Shown one piece after another: positions 45,044 to 53,239 of a stretch of DNA of 53,279 nucleotides. The DNA is taken from positions 1-53,279 of the forward strand of contig CAYUXY010000005.1 in assembly GCA_964449245.1 (NCBI GenBank), given 5' to 3'. A model generated the notes under the pieces. It was given only the letters and a program-made list of their open reading frames with translations. It made no database searches and was not told the origin of the DNA. The translations under genes and the position numbers were made by a program. This DNA is from an uncultured Candidatus Saccharibacteria bacterium. GTDB lineage: Bacteria > Patescibacteriota > Minisyncoccia > UBA6257 > GWB1-50-10. Numbering within the stretch: position 1 is the first letter of the stretch; each line of letters opens with the position of its first letter.

Positions 45044-45346
45044 TTAGATTTTTGTGATCAATACAGTCGTCTGCAACTGACGATGCCCGCGTAAAGTTCT
45101 GCGCCCCGTTTTCGATTTAAAATGAAACACGGTTTTCTTTTTTGCTCGTCCATTTGCGATAATTTTGCCGGAAACAACCGCACCCTTAACGAACGGGGTG
45201 CCAATTTCAATTTTTGATCCTTCGCCTCTCAAAAGTACGTTTTCAAAAGCAACGTCCTCGGAAGGAGTATCGAGCCTTTCAATAACGACCTTGTCGCCCT
45301 CGCAAACCTTATATTGCTTTCCTCCTGTTTCTAATATTGCAAACAT
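45044..45346 (-). CDS. rplU: 50S ribosomal protein L21
   Basis: MFAILETGGKQYKVCEGDKVVIERL...FKSKTGRRTLRGHRQ. Confidence 0.9.
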   Translation of the reverse strand: MFAILETGGKQYKVCEGDKVVIERLDTPSEDVAFENVLLRGEGSKIEIGTPFVKGAVVSGKIIANGRAKKKTVFHFKSKTGRRTLRGHRQLQTTVLITKI

Positions 45347-45410
45347 AATTTATTAAAACATACACACATTATCACCGTAAAAACAAAAAATCAACCCGGC
45401 CGATAACAAT

Positions 45411-45435
45411 CCAGCCCCTCTTATAGAGGGGCTGG
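45411..45435 (-). terminator. Terminator hairpin after the TM-helix-repeat gene
   Basis: 11-bp stem ccagcccctct / agaggggctgg with a 3-nt loop. Confidence 0.55.
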
Positions 45436-45454
45436 GTAAAATCACCAAATATAC

Positions 45455-46129
45455 CTATTCCACGTGCTCTCTCAATTTGGAGATGAGATGCGACGCATAT
45501 TCCTTGCCTCCGATGCCAAACGCGATACCTCCGGCAATGGCAATCATCGCAACGAATCCGGTAACCAACGCATTTATCATCGCCACGGCAACGCCAAGCT
45601 GTGAAAGCGTGGCAAAAAATCCGAATATGACGACGGACCACCACGTAAGCGACGACAAGAACTTCGCCGCATGTAGCTTTGCGCCTTTAACCGATGCGTA
45701 CACAAGTTTCTTCAGCACATTCGCAATTATGACCGCCGCAAGCATTATGAGAACGGCGACAATCACGTTAGGAATGTAAAGAAGAGTTTCTCTTAGAAAC
45801 GCGGAAAGCGAATAAAACCCGAGTATATCGGAAGCCGCCAGCAAAAACACGATGACGAAAAACCAATATACTATCTTACCGAAAAATTTTCCGCTATTTA
45901 AAGAAATTCCGGCTCTGTTGAAATACTCCTGCAATCCGAGACTGGAAAGAGCTTTATCTAACTTGACTACACTGATAATACGCTCAACCAATGCACCAAG
46001 TCCTGCGGCGACTACAAATCCGATAAGCAACACAATAAGAGCTCCTATTATACTGCCTATCGCGCCAACAAATCCAACCCAAAGATTTTGAAGAGACCCA
46101 ACAATAACCGACGTCCAATCTTGTATCAT
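45455..46129 (-). CDS. Conserved TM-helix-repeat membrane protein (resembles the N-terminal region of mechanosensitive channels)
   Basis: Two similar modules of paired TM helices (IGALIVLLIGFVVAAGLGALVERII and VIVAVLIMLAAVIIANVLKKLV); 224 aa. Confidence 0.45.
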   Translation of the reverse strand: MIQDWTSVIVGSLQNLWVGFVGAIGSIIGALIVLLIGFVVAAGLGALVERIISVVKLDKALSSLGLQEYFNRAGISLNSGKFFGKIVYWFFVIVFLLAASDILGFYSLSAFLRETLLYIPNVIVAVLIMLAAVIIANVLKKLVYASVKGAKLHAAKFLSSLTWWSVVIFGFFATLSQLGVAVAMINALVTGFVAMIAIAGGIAFGIGGKEYASHLISKLREHVE

Positions 46130-46201
46130 TTTTATAAAAGTTTTTAACTTCGAAAAATCGACCTTTTGTGAAATCCTTGCTTTAATTATATCAAAAAACG
46201 A

Positions 46202-46915
46202 ATGAAACTAAAAACTAACCTTCATTTTCATACTGGCGACGATCCGGAAGACCCTATTCCGTATTCTTTAGAACAAGCCATTGATACGGCGTCAGAAAAA
46301 GGCTTTTCCGTTCTGGGAATTACTTGTCACAATAAATTTTCAGGAATGAATCACATGGAATACGCCTCAAAGAAAGGCGTGCTTTTAATCCCCGGCATAG
46401 AAAAAACGATTGAGGGCTCGCATGTCGTCATATTGAACGCAAATAAAGAAGCCGAAAAAATCAAAACTTTTCGCGATTTGGCGGAATATAAGAATAAAAA
46501 TCCGGACATTTTAATACTGGCGCCACATCCGTTTTTCCCCGCAAAATATGCTCTCGGTAAAAAACTCATAGAACATATAAAACTTTTTGACGCGATAGAA
46601 AAATCTTGGTTTTATTCCAAAAAAATAGATTTTAATAAAAAAGCCGAATACGTTGCACTGAAAAACGACATTCCCTACATAACAACTTCCGATACGCATA
46701 GATTACGCTTTCTCGAATCGAGTTATGCAATTATCAATTCGGAATCTAAAACAACAACAGCGGTTTTAAACGCAATCCGCAAAAAAGAATTTGTAAATGT
46801 TTCGAAAGAAGTGCGTTTTTTTAAGGATATGATAATTTGCCACACGGATGTTCAAATGCGATTTCTGTTGCATTGGGTAATAAAAATATTTTTCGGAGTA
46901 AAACAACGGAATTAA
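46202..46915 (+). CDS. PHP-domain metal-dependent phosphoesterase
   Basis: NLHFHTGDDPED (the HxH motif), GITCHN, APHPF and TSDTH. Confidence 0.6.
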   Translation: MKLKTNLHFHTGDDPEDPIPYSLEQAIDTASEKGFSVLGITCHNKFSGMNHMEYASKKGVLLIPGIEKTIEGSHVVILNANKEAEKIKTFRDLAEYKNKNPDILILAPHPFFPAKYALGKKLIEHIKLFDAIEKSWFYSKKIDFNKKAEYVALKNDIPYITTSDTHRLRFLESSYAIINSESKTTTAVLNAIRKKEFVNVSKEVRFFKDMIICHTDVQMRFLLHWVIKIFFGVKQRN

Positions 46916-46923
46916 AAAACATT

Positions 46924-48600
46924 CTAATCTCCGTTTATCTGACGCATAAGTCTGCGGTCATTCTCGCGAAGCTGTTCTACAATTTCCATTTTAGGATTCA
47001 AAGCTATTGTTTTGCCAAGATATTGCCCTGATGTAAAGTGAGGAAGTAAAACATAATCCGCGCCATTTTCATATAAAATTTCAGCTTCTTTTTCCGTTTC
47101 GGCCCGCACTATAATTTTCGGACGAAATCCTTCGGGTACAGAAAACTTAGAGAGCAACATAATGCCATCGTCTAAATTTGGACTCGTAGAAATGACAAGT
47201 TTTGCGTCAGCGACATGCGCAGTTTCAAAAACTTCTTCGTCCGCAGTGTCTCCGAAAATAACGGAAAAACCTCTCGCTTTCATTTTCTTTATTACATCCG
47301 GATCAAAATCTATAATCAATAATTTCTCGGGAGGCAAGCCGAGCGCAATACTCTCTCCGGTTCTCCCGCATCCTATAAGAACTATGTCTCTTGCGCCGTT
47401 TTCCTCAATGGACGAAATTTCTTTAGTCTTTTTTCTTTCAAAAATGGACAACGGTCGCGACAAAAGAGAAAAGATGGCTTCTCCGTGCATAATGAGATAT
47501 GTAGAAACGGAAATTGTAATAATTCCAACGGCGGTTATAAGCGCGACAACGCTTTCGGTGATGTGCCCGAGTTTTAATCCAAGCGCTACAAGCACAAGAC
47601 TAAACTCTGAAATTTGAGCCACAGTAACACCTGCTAAAAATCCGGTACGCTTTCTGTAGCCTAATATTCCCATAAGTATGAGAACTATGAGAGGATTGCC
47701 TATCAAGACGAAAAGTGAGAGCACTATGATTGGTACGGCGAGACCGGAAAAATTTGAAAATATCACGGATGCTCCGAGGATGACAAAGAATATAAGAATG
47801 AAAAAATCGCGGAGCGGTCGAAGTTTATATGATATTTCAAAATGCTCTGACGAATTTGCAAGCGCGAGACCGGCAAGAAATCCTGCAATTTCTATCGAAA
47901 AACCGATTTTTGAAACCGCGGTAGCGAGGAGAAACAGCCACGCAATACTCGTTAGAAAGAGCAACTCTTGGGAACGCGCTATCTTGTCGAAGATCCAAGG
48001 AAAAATCTTGCGACCCAAAAACAGCATAAGCGAAAAAAGGATTGTGGCTTTTATAAGAGTAAGAACGAGACTGAGCCATACTCCGCCGTTTGTCTCTATT
48101 CCGGCAAGACAAATAAGAATGATTATCGCTATAATATCTTGTACGAGCAAAAAACCTACGCTTATTTTGCCATACAAACTTCGCAAATCGCGCTTATCGG
48201 ACAAAAGTTTTACAACGATAATAGTGCTCGAAAACGTGAGCGCCGCAACAATGTAAATCGCGTGTATGGGAGGAAACCCGAGCACTGAAGAAATAAGATA
48301 TCCAAAAAGCGATGTAAATATTACCTGCCCTATTCCCACTATAACTGAAACTTTCCCGACAAGCCGAAGAGATGTGTAATTAATTTCAAGTCCGACGAGG
48401 AAAAGAAGAAACATGATGCCGAGATCGGACAAGACAGAAAAGAGCTCTCTGTCTTGGATGTGAGAAAAACCAATGCAACCGATAATCATCCCCGTTGCAA
48501 GATACGCCAAAATAACCGGCTGGCGAAAAAGTTTCGCCGCAATTCCAAGTACGGCGGCAATAAGTACAACGATTGCGAGTTCAAATAATCCTCCGGTCAT
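46924..48600 (-). CDS. CPA2-family cation:proton antiporter with a C-terminal RCK/TrkA-N domain (Kef-like)
   Basis: About 12 TM helices, then the Rossmann-like VLIGCGRTGESIA...IIDFDPD...GDTADEEV. Confidence 0.8.
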   Translation of the reverse strand: MTGGLFELAIVVLIAAVLGIAAKLFRQPVILAYLATGMIIGCIGFSHIQDRELFSVLSDLGIMFLLFLVGLEINYTSLRLVGKVSVIVGIGQVIFTSLFGYLISSVLGFPPIHAIYIVAALTFSSTIIVVKLLSDKRDLRSLYGKISVGFLLVQDIIAIIILICLAGIETNGGVWLSLVLTLIKATILFSLMLFLGRKIFPWIFDKIARSQELLFLTSIAWLFLLATAVSKIGFSIEIAGFLAGLALANSSEHFEISYKLRPLRDFFILIFFVILGASVIFSNFSGLAVPIIVLSLFVLIGNPLIVLILMGILGYRKRTGFLAGVTVAQISEFSLVLVALGLKLGHITESVVALITAVGIITISVSTYLIMHGEAIFSLLSRPLSIFERKKTKEISSIEENGARDIVLIGCGRTGESIALGLPPEKLLIIDFDPDVIKKMKARGFSVIFGDTADEEVFETAHVADAKLVISTSPNLDDGIMLLSKFSVPEGFRPKIIVRAETEKEAEILYENGADYVLLPHFTSGQYLGKTIALNPKMEIVEQLRENDRRLMRQINGD

Positions 48601-48629
48601 GTTGTATAAATCATATCACCTTTCCGAAT

Positions 48630-49184
48630 TTATTTTGTGGGGATAAAAACATATTTCCATCCGGGTTGCCATGATTTTGTTTTTCTCCAATCTTTTAAAA
48701 AAGCATCTTCCCATGTTTTATTTTTCAAAAGCACATCAAGGGCTAACTGCGGAGCCTTGTGCGCCACAATGGCAATATTTTGACCTTCATAATTTTGTTC
48801 CAAAAAATTGAGAAAATCTGCCATTCGATTTTTTACATCTTCATAGCTCTCTCCATCCGGAAATCTTTCATAAATCATTTTCTCCTGCAATGGCTCGACG
48901 ATAGACGATAACTGTCCGTTATATTTGCCATAATTACACTCCCTGAGTCGCGCATCCTGCATAATGGGAACCGTATCGCCAAATGTAAGTTTGGCCGAAT
49001 CAACAGCTCGCTTTAAATCGGAGCAAAACACCGCGTCAAACTTTTCTATTTCAATTTTATCTTTTAATTCTATCGACTGCCTAACGCCAAGCTCGGAAAG
49101 ATCAGCGTCAGACCATCCGGATGATATTTCCTTTTCGTTATCGGTTGTTGTCCCGTGCACAAAATACGTAATATTTATTGGCAT
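48630..49184 (-). CDS. Histidine-phosphatase (phosphoglycerate-mutase-like) family protein
   Basis: ITYFVHGTTTDNE...GWSDADLSELGVRQ...FCSDLKRAVDSA...VAHKAP. The usual RHG reads VHG here. Confidence 0.6.
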   Translation of the reverse strand: MPINITYFVHGTTTDNEKEISSGWSDADLSELGVRQSIELKDKIEIEKFDAVFCSDLKRAVDSAKLTFGDTVPIMQDARLRECNYGKYNGQLSSIVEPLQEKMIYERFPDGESYEDVKNRMADFLNFLEQNYEGQNIAIVAHKAPQLALDVLLKNKTWEDAFLKDWRKTKSWQPGWKYVFIPTK

Positions 49185-49189
49185 AACAT

Positions 49190-49606
49190 TTATAAAAATT
49201 GGATTTTCGTTATAAGTGCCCTCACATTATCTCTTAGCTTAGCCATAATTTTTTCAAAATCTTCATTTCTCGAATCTTTTGGGTCTTCAATGTCCCAAAA
49301 TATTGTTTTCTTACTGTGAAGCAAAATGTCAGGAATCGTTTCCCGCTCCGCCATTACAACAATAATCTCAAACCGATCTTCCATATCCGGAGTAAATTTT
49401 TGAACAATATTATCAGATATATCTACGCCCTCATTTTTCATCGCGTCTATAATAAATTCGGCTTCCGGAATCTCTCTGATTTTTTTGCCAAAAAACAATG
49501 GCGCAGTTCCGGCAGAAGATGCTTCTTGACCTGTATATTTTGTAAATAAGCCGGTTGCAATCTGGCTTCTTCCGACATTACCGCGACATACAAAAAGTAT
49601 TTTCAT
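49190..49606 (-). CDS. Low-molecular-weight protein-tyrosine phosphatase / ArsC-like
   Basis: MKILFVCRGNVGRSQIA contains the CX5R(S) P-loop; 138 aa. Confidence 0.8.
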   Translation of the reverse strand: MKILFVCRGNVGRSQIATGLFTKYTGQEASSAGTAPLFFGKKIREIPEAEFIIDAMKNEGVDISDNIVQKFTPDMEDRFEIIVVMAERETIPDILLHSKKTIFWDIEDPKDSRNEDFEKIMAKLRDNVRALITKIQFL

Positions 49607-50205
49607 TTAATGGAATTAAGCTCTCCAGTGATGTCATATATCGCGTCCAGCGCGGATTGCAATTTTTTGATTCCACTGCTTCCGCTAAAATGCTCTTTAT
49701 TGTGTTCGATTACAATTTTCGCACCGAGCTTCTCTTCAAAAATTTTTGCATCGGATACCGGCACAACGGGATCGTTGTCTGAAAAAATACCTATAAATCT
49801 CTCGGAGTGCGGTTTAATTTTATGCCAGTCAATCTGGGTTTCGAGCCACGGTTTGGCAATTTTTATATCTTCGTCTACCTCATATACAGCATTCGTAAGA
49901 TGAATCCATCCCGCTAAAAATACAGCTCCTCCAATTTTTTGTTCAATAGGCAAAGATTCCAGATATCTTAAAATTGTTTGCGCGCCTATGGAGTGTCCGA
50001 AAAGTATAGTGTCTTCATCCGGCTCTCCGACCTGCTCTTTTAAATAACTGACCCATTCTCCTATTCTCGGATTAAGCGGTTCCGGCATAGACGGATTAAA
50101 AACTGTAAATCCTTTATTTTGTAATTCCAATTTTAACCATGGGAAAATACCCTCTTCCGGATACCCATCCCACCCGTGAATTATGAAAACTCTTTTTGAC
50201 GACAT
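49603..50205 (-). CDS. Alpha/beta serine hydrolase (YdeN/RBBP9-like)
   Basis: FIIHGWDG and the nucleophile elbow GHSIGAQ; 200 aa. Confidence 0.6.
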   Translation of the reverse strand: MSSKRVFIIHGWDGYPEEGIFPWLKLELQNKGFTVFNPSMPEPLNPRIGEWVSYLKEQVGEPDEDTILFGHSIGAQTILRYLESLPIEQKIGGAVFLAGWIHLTNAVYEVDEDIKIAKPWLETQIDWHKIKPHSERFIGIFSDNDPVVPVSDAKIFEEKLGAKIVIEHNKEHFSGSSGIKKLQSALDAIYDITGELNSIK

Positions 50206-50211
50206 AGTAGC

Positions 50212-50892
50212 CTACTTCAACAAAAATCTAAGCGATGAAACCACACGGACTTTTTTATACTCCGGAGAACCGGGATCTTTGTCTGTAATATCAAACACGC
50301 CTTGATTGCCACGATTCACACTACCGATCTTCGCTCCGGCCTCTTCCGCAAACTGCTCCGCAGAAGCGCGAGCATTTTTAATCGCCTCCGCAAGCATCTC
50401 GGGCTTGATGCTATTTATATCCGAGAATTCAAAGGATATTGAATTGTTGCTTATCGTTACTCCTTTTTTAATCAAAACCAAAGTGTCCTTTGAAGCGGAT
50501 CTAACTAAATCAACTTTTTTGGTATAAATAGAAAGCTGTACAAAAGAATTATATCTGAACAATGCTTCTTTATACGTATCTTGATACACATTAACAGGAG
50601 CGACACTTATCTCCGCTTCTTCAAAACCTTTTTCGGTCAAAAAAGTTTGAATGTCGGCAATATTCTTTTCTATCTCGGCGTAAAGCGAATCAATATCGTT
50701 TGATTTAACGTCAAAATTGATTGACCAGATTGCAACGTCGGCTTTTACTATTTTTTCTGATAACCCTTTTACTTCAACAAAAGCTCCCTGTTTTGAAAAA
50801 TTCCCTGCAGATAGGTAAAAGATGGCCGAAAAAACGATGAGTGCTGCGACCACCGCCAAAACCACATAACTTTTATTTTTTTCTGTGTTCAT
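50212..50892 (-). CDS. SIMPL/DUF541-domain protein with an N-terminal anchor
   Basis: N-terminal TM, VEVKGLSEKIVKADVAIWSINFDVKS, and a C-terminal ARASAEQFAEEAGAKIG. Confidence 0.6.
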   Translation of the reverse strand: MNTEKNKSYVVLAVVAALIVFSAIFYLSAGNFSKQGAFVEVKGLSEKIVKADVAIWSINFDVKSNDIDSLYAEIEKNIADIQTFLTEKGFEEAEISVAPVNVYQDTYKEALFRYNSFVQLSIYTKKVDLVRSASKDTLVLIKKGVTISNNSISFEFSDINSIKPEMLAEAIKNARASAEQFAEEAGAKIGSVNRGNQGVFDITDKDPGSPEYKKVRVVSSLRFLLK

Positions 50893-50964
50893 AAATCAAT
50901 TATACAGTAAATTACAATTCAAAAATATGCCGTCGCATATTTTTGATATAGCCACCAGTCAAAA

Positions 50965-51228
50965 TCATTTTGTAGACAATCCTTTTTTGAATCTTTCTAT
51001 CAAAAACTCTTTTTTATCCCTTCTCCATTTCTTTATTTGAATTTCCCTATTGCGCGCATCCGACAATAACTCATACGGTTCCTCAAACGCTATACTAAAT
51101 TTTGACTTACCTTTTGTAAATTGCGCACCACGTTTTGAATTGTGATATCTAAGCCTGTCAAAAACATTCTTAGTAACGCCAACATATAATTTACCAAAAT
51201 CATTTTTGATCATATATACCACATACAT
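50965..51228 (-). CDS. GIY-YIG nuclease-domain protein (stand-alone, 87 aa)
   Basis: YVVYMIKNDFGKLYVGVTKNVFDRLRYHNS... Confidence 0.75.
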   Translation of the reverse strand: MYVVYMIKNDFGKLYVGVTKNVFDRLRYHNSKRGAQFTKGKSKFSIAFEEPYELLSDARNREIQIKKWRRDKKEFLIERFKKGLSTK

Positions 51229-51292
51229 ATTTTTATTATAGACAATATGCCCCTCGACACAGCTCGGGGCACTCGACGCTAAATTACGTGAA

Positions 51293-51381
51293 GTGGCTTG
51301 CCACGAGCTAATACTGTTGGGTGTTTGAGGCGACCTGTCACAAGCTACTACTGTTGGGTGCTTAGGTGGCTTGCCACGAGC
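51293..51381. repeat. About 2.4 tandem copies of a 36-37-nt unit, each starting with a short hairpin
   Basis: Unit 1 (51293-51329) is gtggcttgccacgagc taa tactgttgggtg tttgag. Unit 2 (51330-51365) is gcgacctgtcacaagc tac tactgttgggtg cttag. A partial unit 3 (51366-51381) is gtggcttgccacgagc. Confidence 0.7.
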
Positions 51382-51411
51382 AAGCCCCTCCGTTTCGGAG
51401 GGGCGCGTCGA

Positions 51412-51430
51412 GTGGACCTAGGGAGAATCG
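51412..51430 (-). repeat. 19-nt duplicate of the tRNA-Ala 3' end
   Basis: gtggacctagggagaatcg at 51412-51430 is identical to 51611-51629. That copy covers 1 nt downstream of the gene, the discriminator base, the acceptor 3' strand, the T-stem 3' strand and part of the T loop of tRNA-Ala. Confidence 0.8.
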
Positions 51431-51567
51431 GCTTCGATTCAAAAATATGCCGTCGCATATTTTTGATCTAGCCACCGCCTCGCGTGCTCATCTACTGATT
51501 CGCACAAGCTCCGGCGTTCGATTCCCCACGAACGCAAAGCGGTTTGCGTTCTTAGGTCCTCGCCACA

Positions 51568-51602
51568 ACAAACAAAACGCATCAAATACGCGTTTTGTTT
51601 GT
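51568..51602 (-). terminator. Terminator hairpin directly after tRNA-Ala
   Basis: Perfect 13-bp stem acaaacaaaacgc / gcgttttgtttgt with a 9-nt loop. Confidence 0.55.
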
Positions 51603-51611
51603 TTTATAGTG

Positions 51612-51682
51612 TGGACCTAGGGAGAATCGAACTCCCGTCTCAGCAATGCGAATGCTGTGTCATACCACTAGACCATAGGCCC
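51612..51682 (-). tRNA. tRNA-Ala (anticodon CGC)
   Basis: GGGCCTA TG GTCT AGTGGTA TGAC A CAGCA TTCGCAT TGCTG AGAC GGGAG TTCGATT CTCCC TAGGTCC A. The G3:U70 alanine identity pair is present. Confidence 0.8.
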
Positions 51683-51759
51683 TAATACTGATTATCAACA
51701 TACACAATCGCTGGCTTGCGTGCAATCTTAATCCTAAATAAATCTCGAGGAAAATAAAA

Positions 51760-52428
51760 TTATTTTACCCTATCCGGAAAATCAGAAATAATGCCGTCAA
51801 CCCCAATCTCCTTCATTTTATTTATATCGGATATCTCATTCACAGTCCATGCAAATACTTTAATGCCATGCGAATGTATTTTCTGAACGGCTTCTTTATC
51901 AAGCGAGAAATAATGTAAGTGCAGAGAATACGCGTGAATAGCGTCGGCAAACTGAATTATATCGTCGGTTAGAAATCTTGATATCGGCGCAAGTCGCGCA
52001 AGACCATCAAGCGTGCGACACACATCAAGCTCGCTTCGCACAAACGACGAGATTATTACACTCTCCGGATGTTTGTATCCTTTTATAATTTTCATCACGC
52101 ATTCAGCGCATCCGAAACTTTTTATTTCTATATCCATATCAATCTTTCCGTCAATCATATCGAGCATCTCTTTGAGCGTAGGAATAAATCCGCCACCCAC
52201 AACTTTTGCGGACTGAATCTCTTTTAGTGTTAAATCTTGAATCCTTCCGGAGATATCGGTCGTTCGGTCTACGCTATCGTCGTGAATTACGACCGGCACC
52301 TTATCTTTTGTTGTATGAACATCGATACTGACCATATCCGAGCCCAACTCAATCGTTTTAGCGATTGAGGCAAGCGTATTTTCGGGCTCGTATCCTGATG
52401 CGCCACGATGAGCAATTGATAGTGTCAT
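51760..52428 (-). CDS. glpQ: Glycerophosphodiester phosphodiesterase
   Basis: IAHRGASGYEPENTLASI, DVHTTKDKVPVVIHD and FAWTVN. The start is taken at the ATG at 52428 (MTLSIAHRG). Confidence 0.8.
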   Translation of the reverse strand: MTLSIAHRGASGYEPENTLASIAKTIELGSDMVSIDVHTTKDKVPVVIHDDSVDRTTDISGRIQDLTLKEIQSAKVVGGGFIPTLKEMLDMIDGKIDMDIEIKSFGCAECVMKIIKGYKHPESVIISSFVRSELDVCRTLDGLARLAPISRFLTDDIIQFADAIHAYSLHLHYFSLDKEAVQKIHSHGIKVFAWTVNEISDINKMKEIGVDGIISDFPDRVK

Positions 52429-52457
52429 TTTTATCTGTTTTATATCGGCTTTGCATC

Positions 52458-53000
52458 TCATGCCTTTTTGCGTTCGCAGATAGTCACGAGTTCAAGGGAC
52501 GGATTTTGAATAACGAGCTTATAAATAAGCGGGCTCACGATAAGAGAAAAAGCGATGTTCCCCGCAAGATGATAAAGGGTAAACGGAATCTGACCCATAA
52601 GCGCGCTCATAAATGTCTGCCCGAAAAACAATGGGCCGATAGAAAGTCCGGTAACGGCATCGTAAAGAATCGTTCCAATGATTCCAAAGACAAGATAATT
52701 TTTCGCCTTGCTTTCTCTGTTTTTAAAAAAGAAATATGCGCCTACTCCTAAAAATCCATACGCGCCTGCGGTAACCCACGTCCACATACCTATTCCGCTC
52801 GTAACCGAATCGAAAATAACTATGCTCAAAAATCCGAACAGGAATCCGCCGAGCCAGCCAAACCGTTTGGCAAAAGGCATCTGCGTTGCCAGCACCGGCT
52901 CTATATTCGGCGCGCGAAAAGGAATAAGCCTGATTAGAAAAACGACGAGCCACCCGACAATAAATTTGAGAGTTGGACCAAAAAATTTCTTTATATTCAT
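52458..53000 (-). CDS. Polytopic membrane protein, possibly an ECF-transporter S-component-like substrate-capture protein
   Basis: 180 aa with about 6 TM helices. The LIPFRAPNIEPVLATQMPF motif resembles vitamin-transporter S components; the family assignment is uncertain. Confidence 0.3.
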   Translation of the reverse strand: MNIKKFFGPTLKFIVGWLVVFLIRLIPFRAPNIEPVLATQMPFAKRFGWLGGFLFGFLSIVIFDSVTSGIGMWTWVTAGAYGFLGVGAYFFFKNRESKAKNYLVFGIIGTILYDAVTGLSIGPLFFGQTFMSALMGQIPFTLYHLAGNIAFSLIVSPLIYKLVIQNPSLELVTICERKKA

Positions 53001-53107
53001 ACGCTTATCATACCCCGTTCTCTAAGATTTTTGAAAATATGCGGAAACTCTTCAAAATGTTATGACGTATGACATCATAACATTAACCCAAATGAATCGG
53101 CTTTTTC

Positions 53108-53135
53108 TTGATATTTTGCGTACTGCTGATAAAGT
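53108..53135 (+). promoter_or_regulatory. Putative tRNA-Pro promoter
   Basis: TTGATA (53108-53113), a 16-nt spacer, then TAAAGT (53130-53135). This is 34 nt upstream of the tRNA 5' end. Confidence 0.35.
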
Positions 53136-53168
53136 GAGAATGGTCTAAGCGAGCCTATATTTCGCTGA

Positions 53169-53239
53169 CGGGCTGGAGTATGACGGTAGTACGCACGCTT
53201 CGGGTGCGTGTAGATCGGGTTCAATTCCCGGCAGCCCGA
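53169..53239 (+). tRNA. tRNA-Pro (anticodon CGG)
   Basis: CGGGCTG GA GTAT GACGGTA GTAC G CACGC TTCGGGT GCGTG TAGA TCGGG TTCAATT CCCGG CAGCCCG A, followed by CCCA. Confidence 0.8.

Larger units (their letters stand above)
50917..51476 (-). mobile_element. Possible GIY-YIG cassette bounded by 40-nt direct repeats
   Basis: attcaaaaatatgccgtcgcatatttttgat[a/c]tagccacc occurs at 50917-50956 and 51437-51476 (39 of 40 nt identical). The copies bracket the GIY-YIG gene and a repeat-rich leader. Confidence 0.35.

Noticed and set aside
45372-45644. 90-aa - ORF (Cys/Arg/His-rich)
   Set aside because: It lies out of frame within the 3' part of the well-supported TM-helix-repeat gene (45455..46129) and extends over its terminator. 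The composition is typical of an off-frame artefact.
51293-51381. Repeats of 36-37 nt that could suggest a degenerate CRISPR array
   Set aside because: The units are directly adjacent with no spacers. There are only about 2.4 copies, the middle one is diverged, and no cas genes are in the window.
51511-51530. GTTCGATTCC T-loop-like sequence on the + strand (possible tRNA or tmRNA 3' domain)
   Set aside because: The flanking bases do not form a T stem or an acceptor stem. I could not build a cloverleaf or a tmRNA-like tRNA domain.
51366-51620. 84-aa + ORF
   Set aside because: It spans the tandem repeats, the 40-nt repeat, terminator hairpins and the tRNA-Ala 3' end. It has no coding features.
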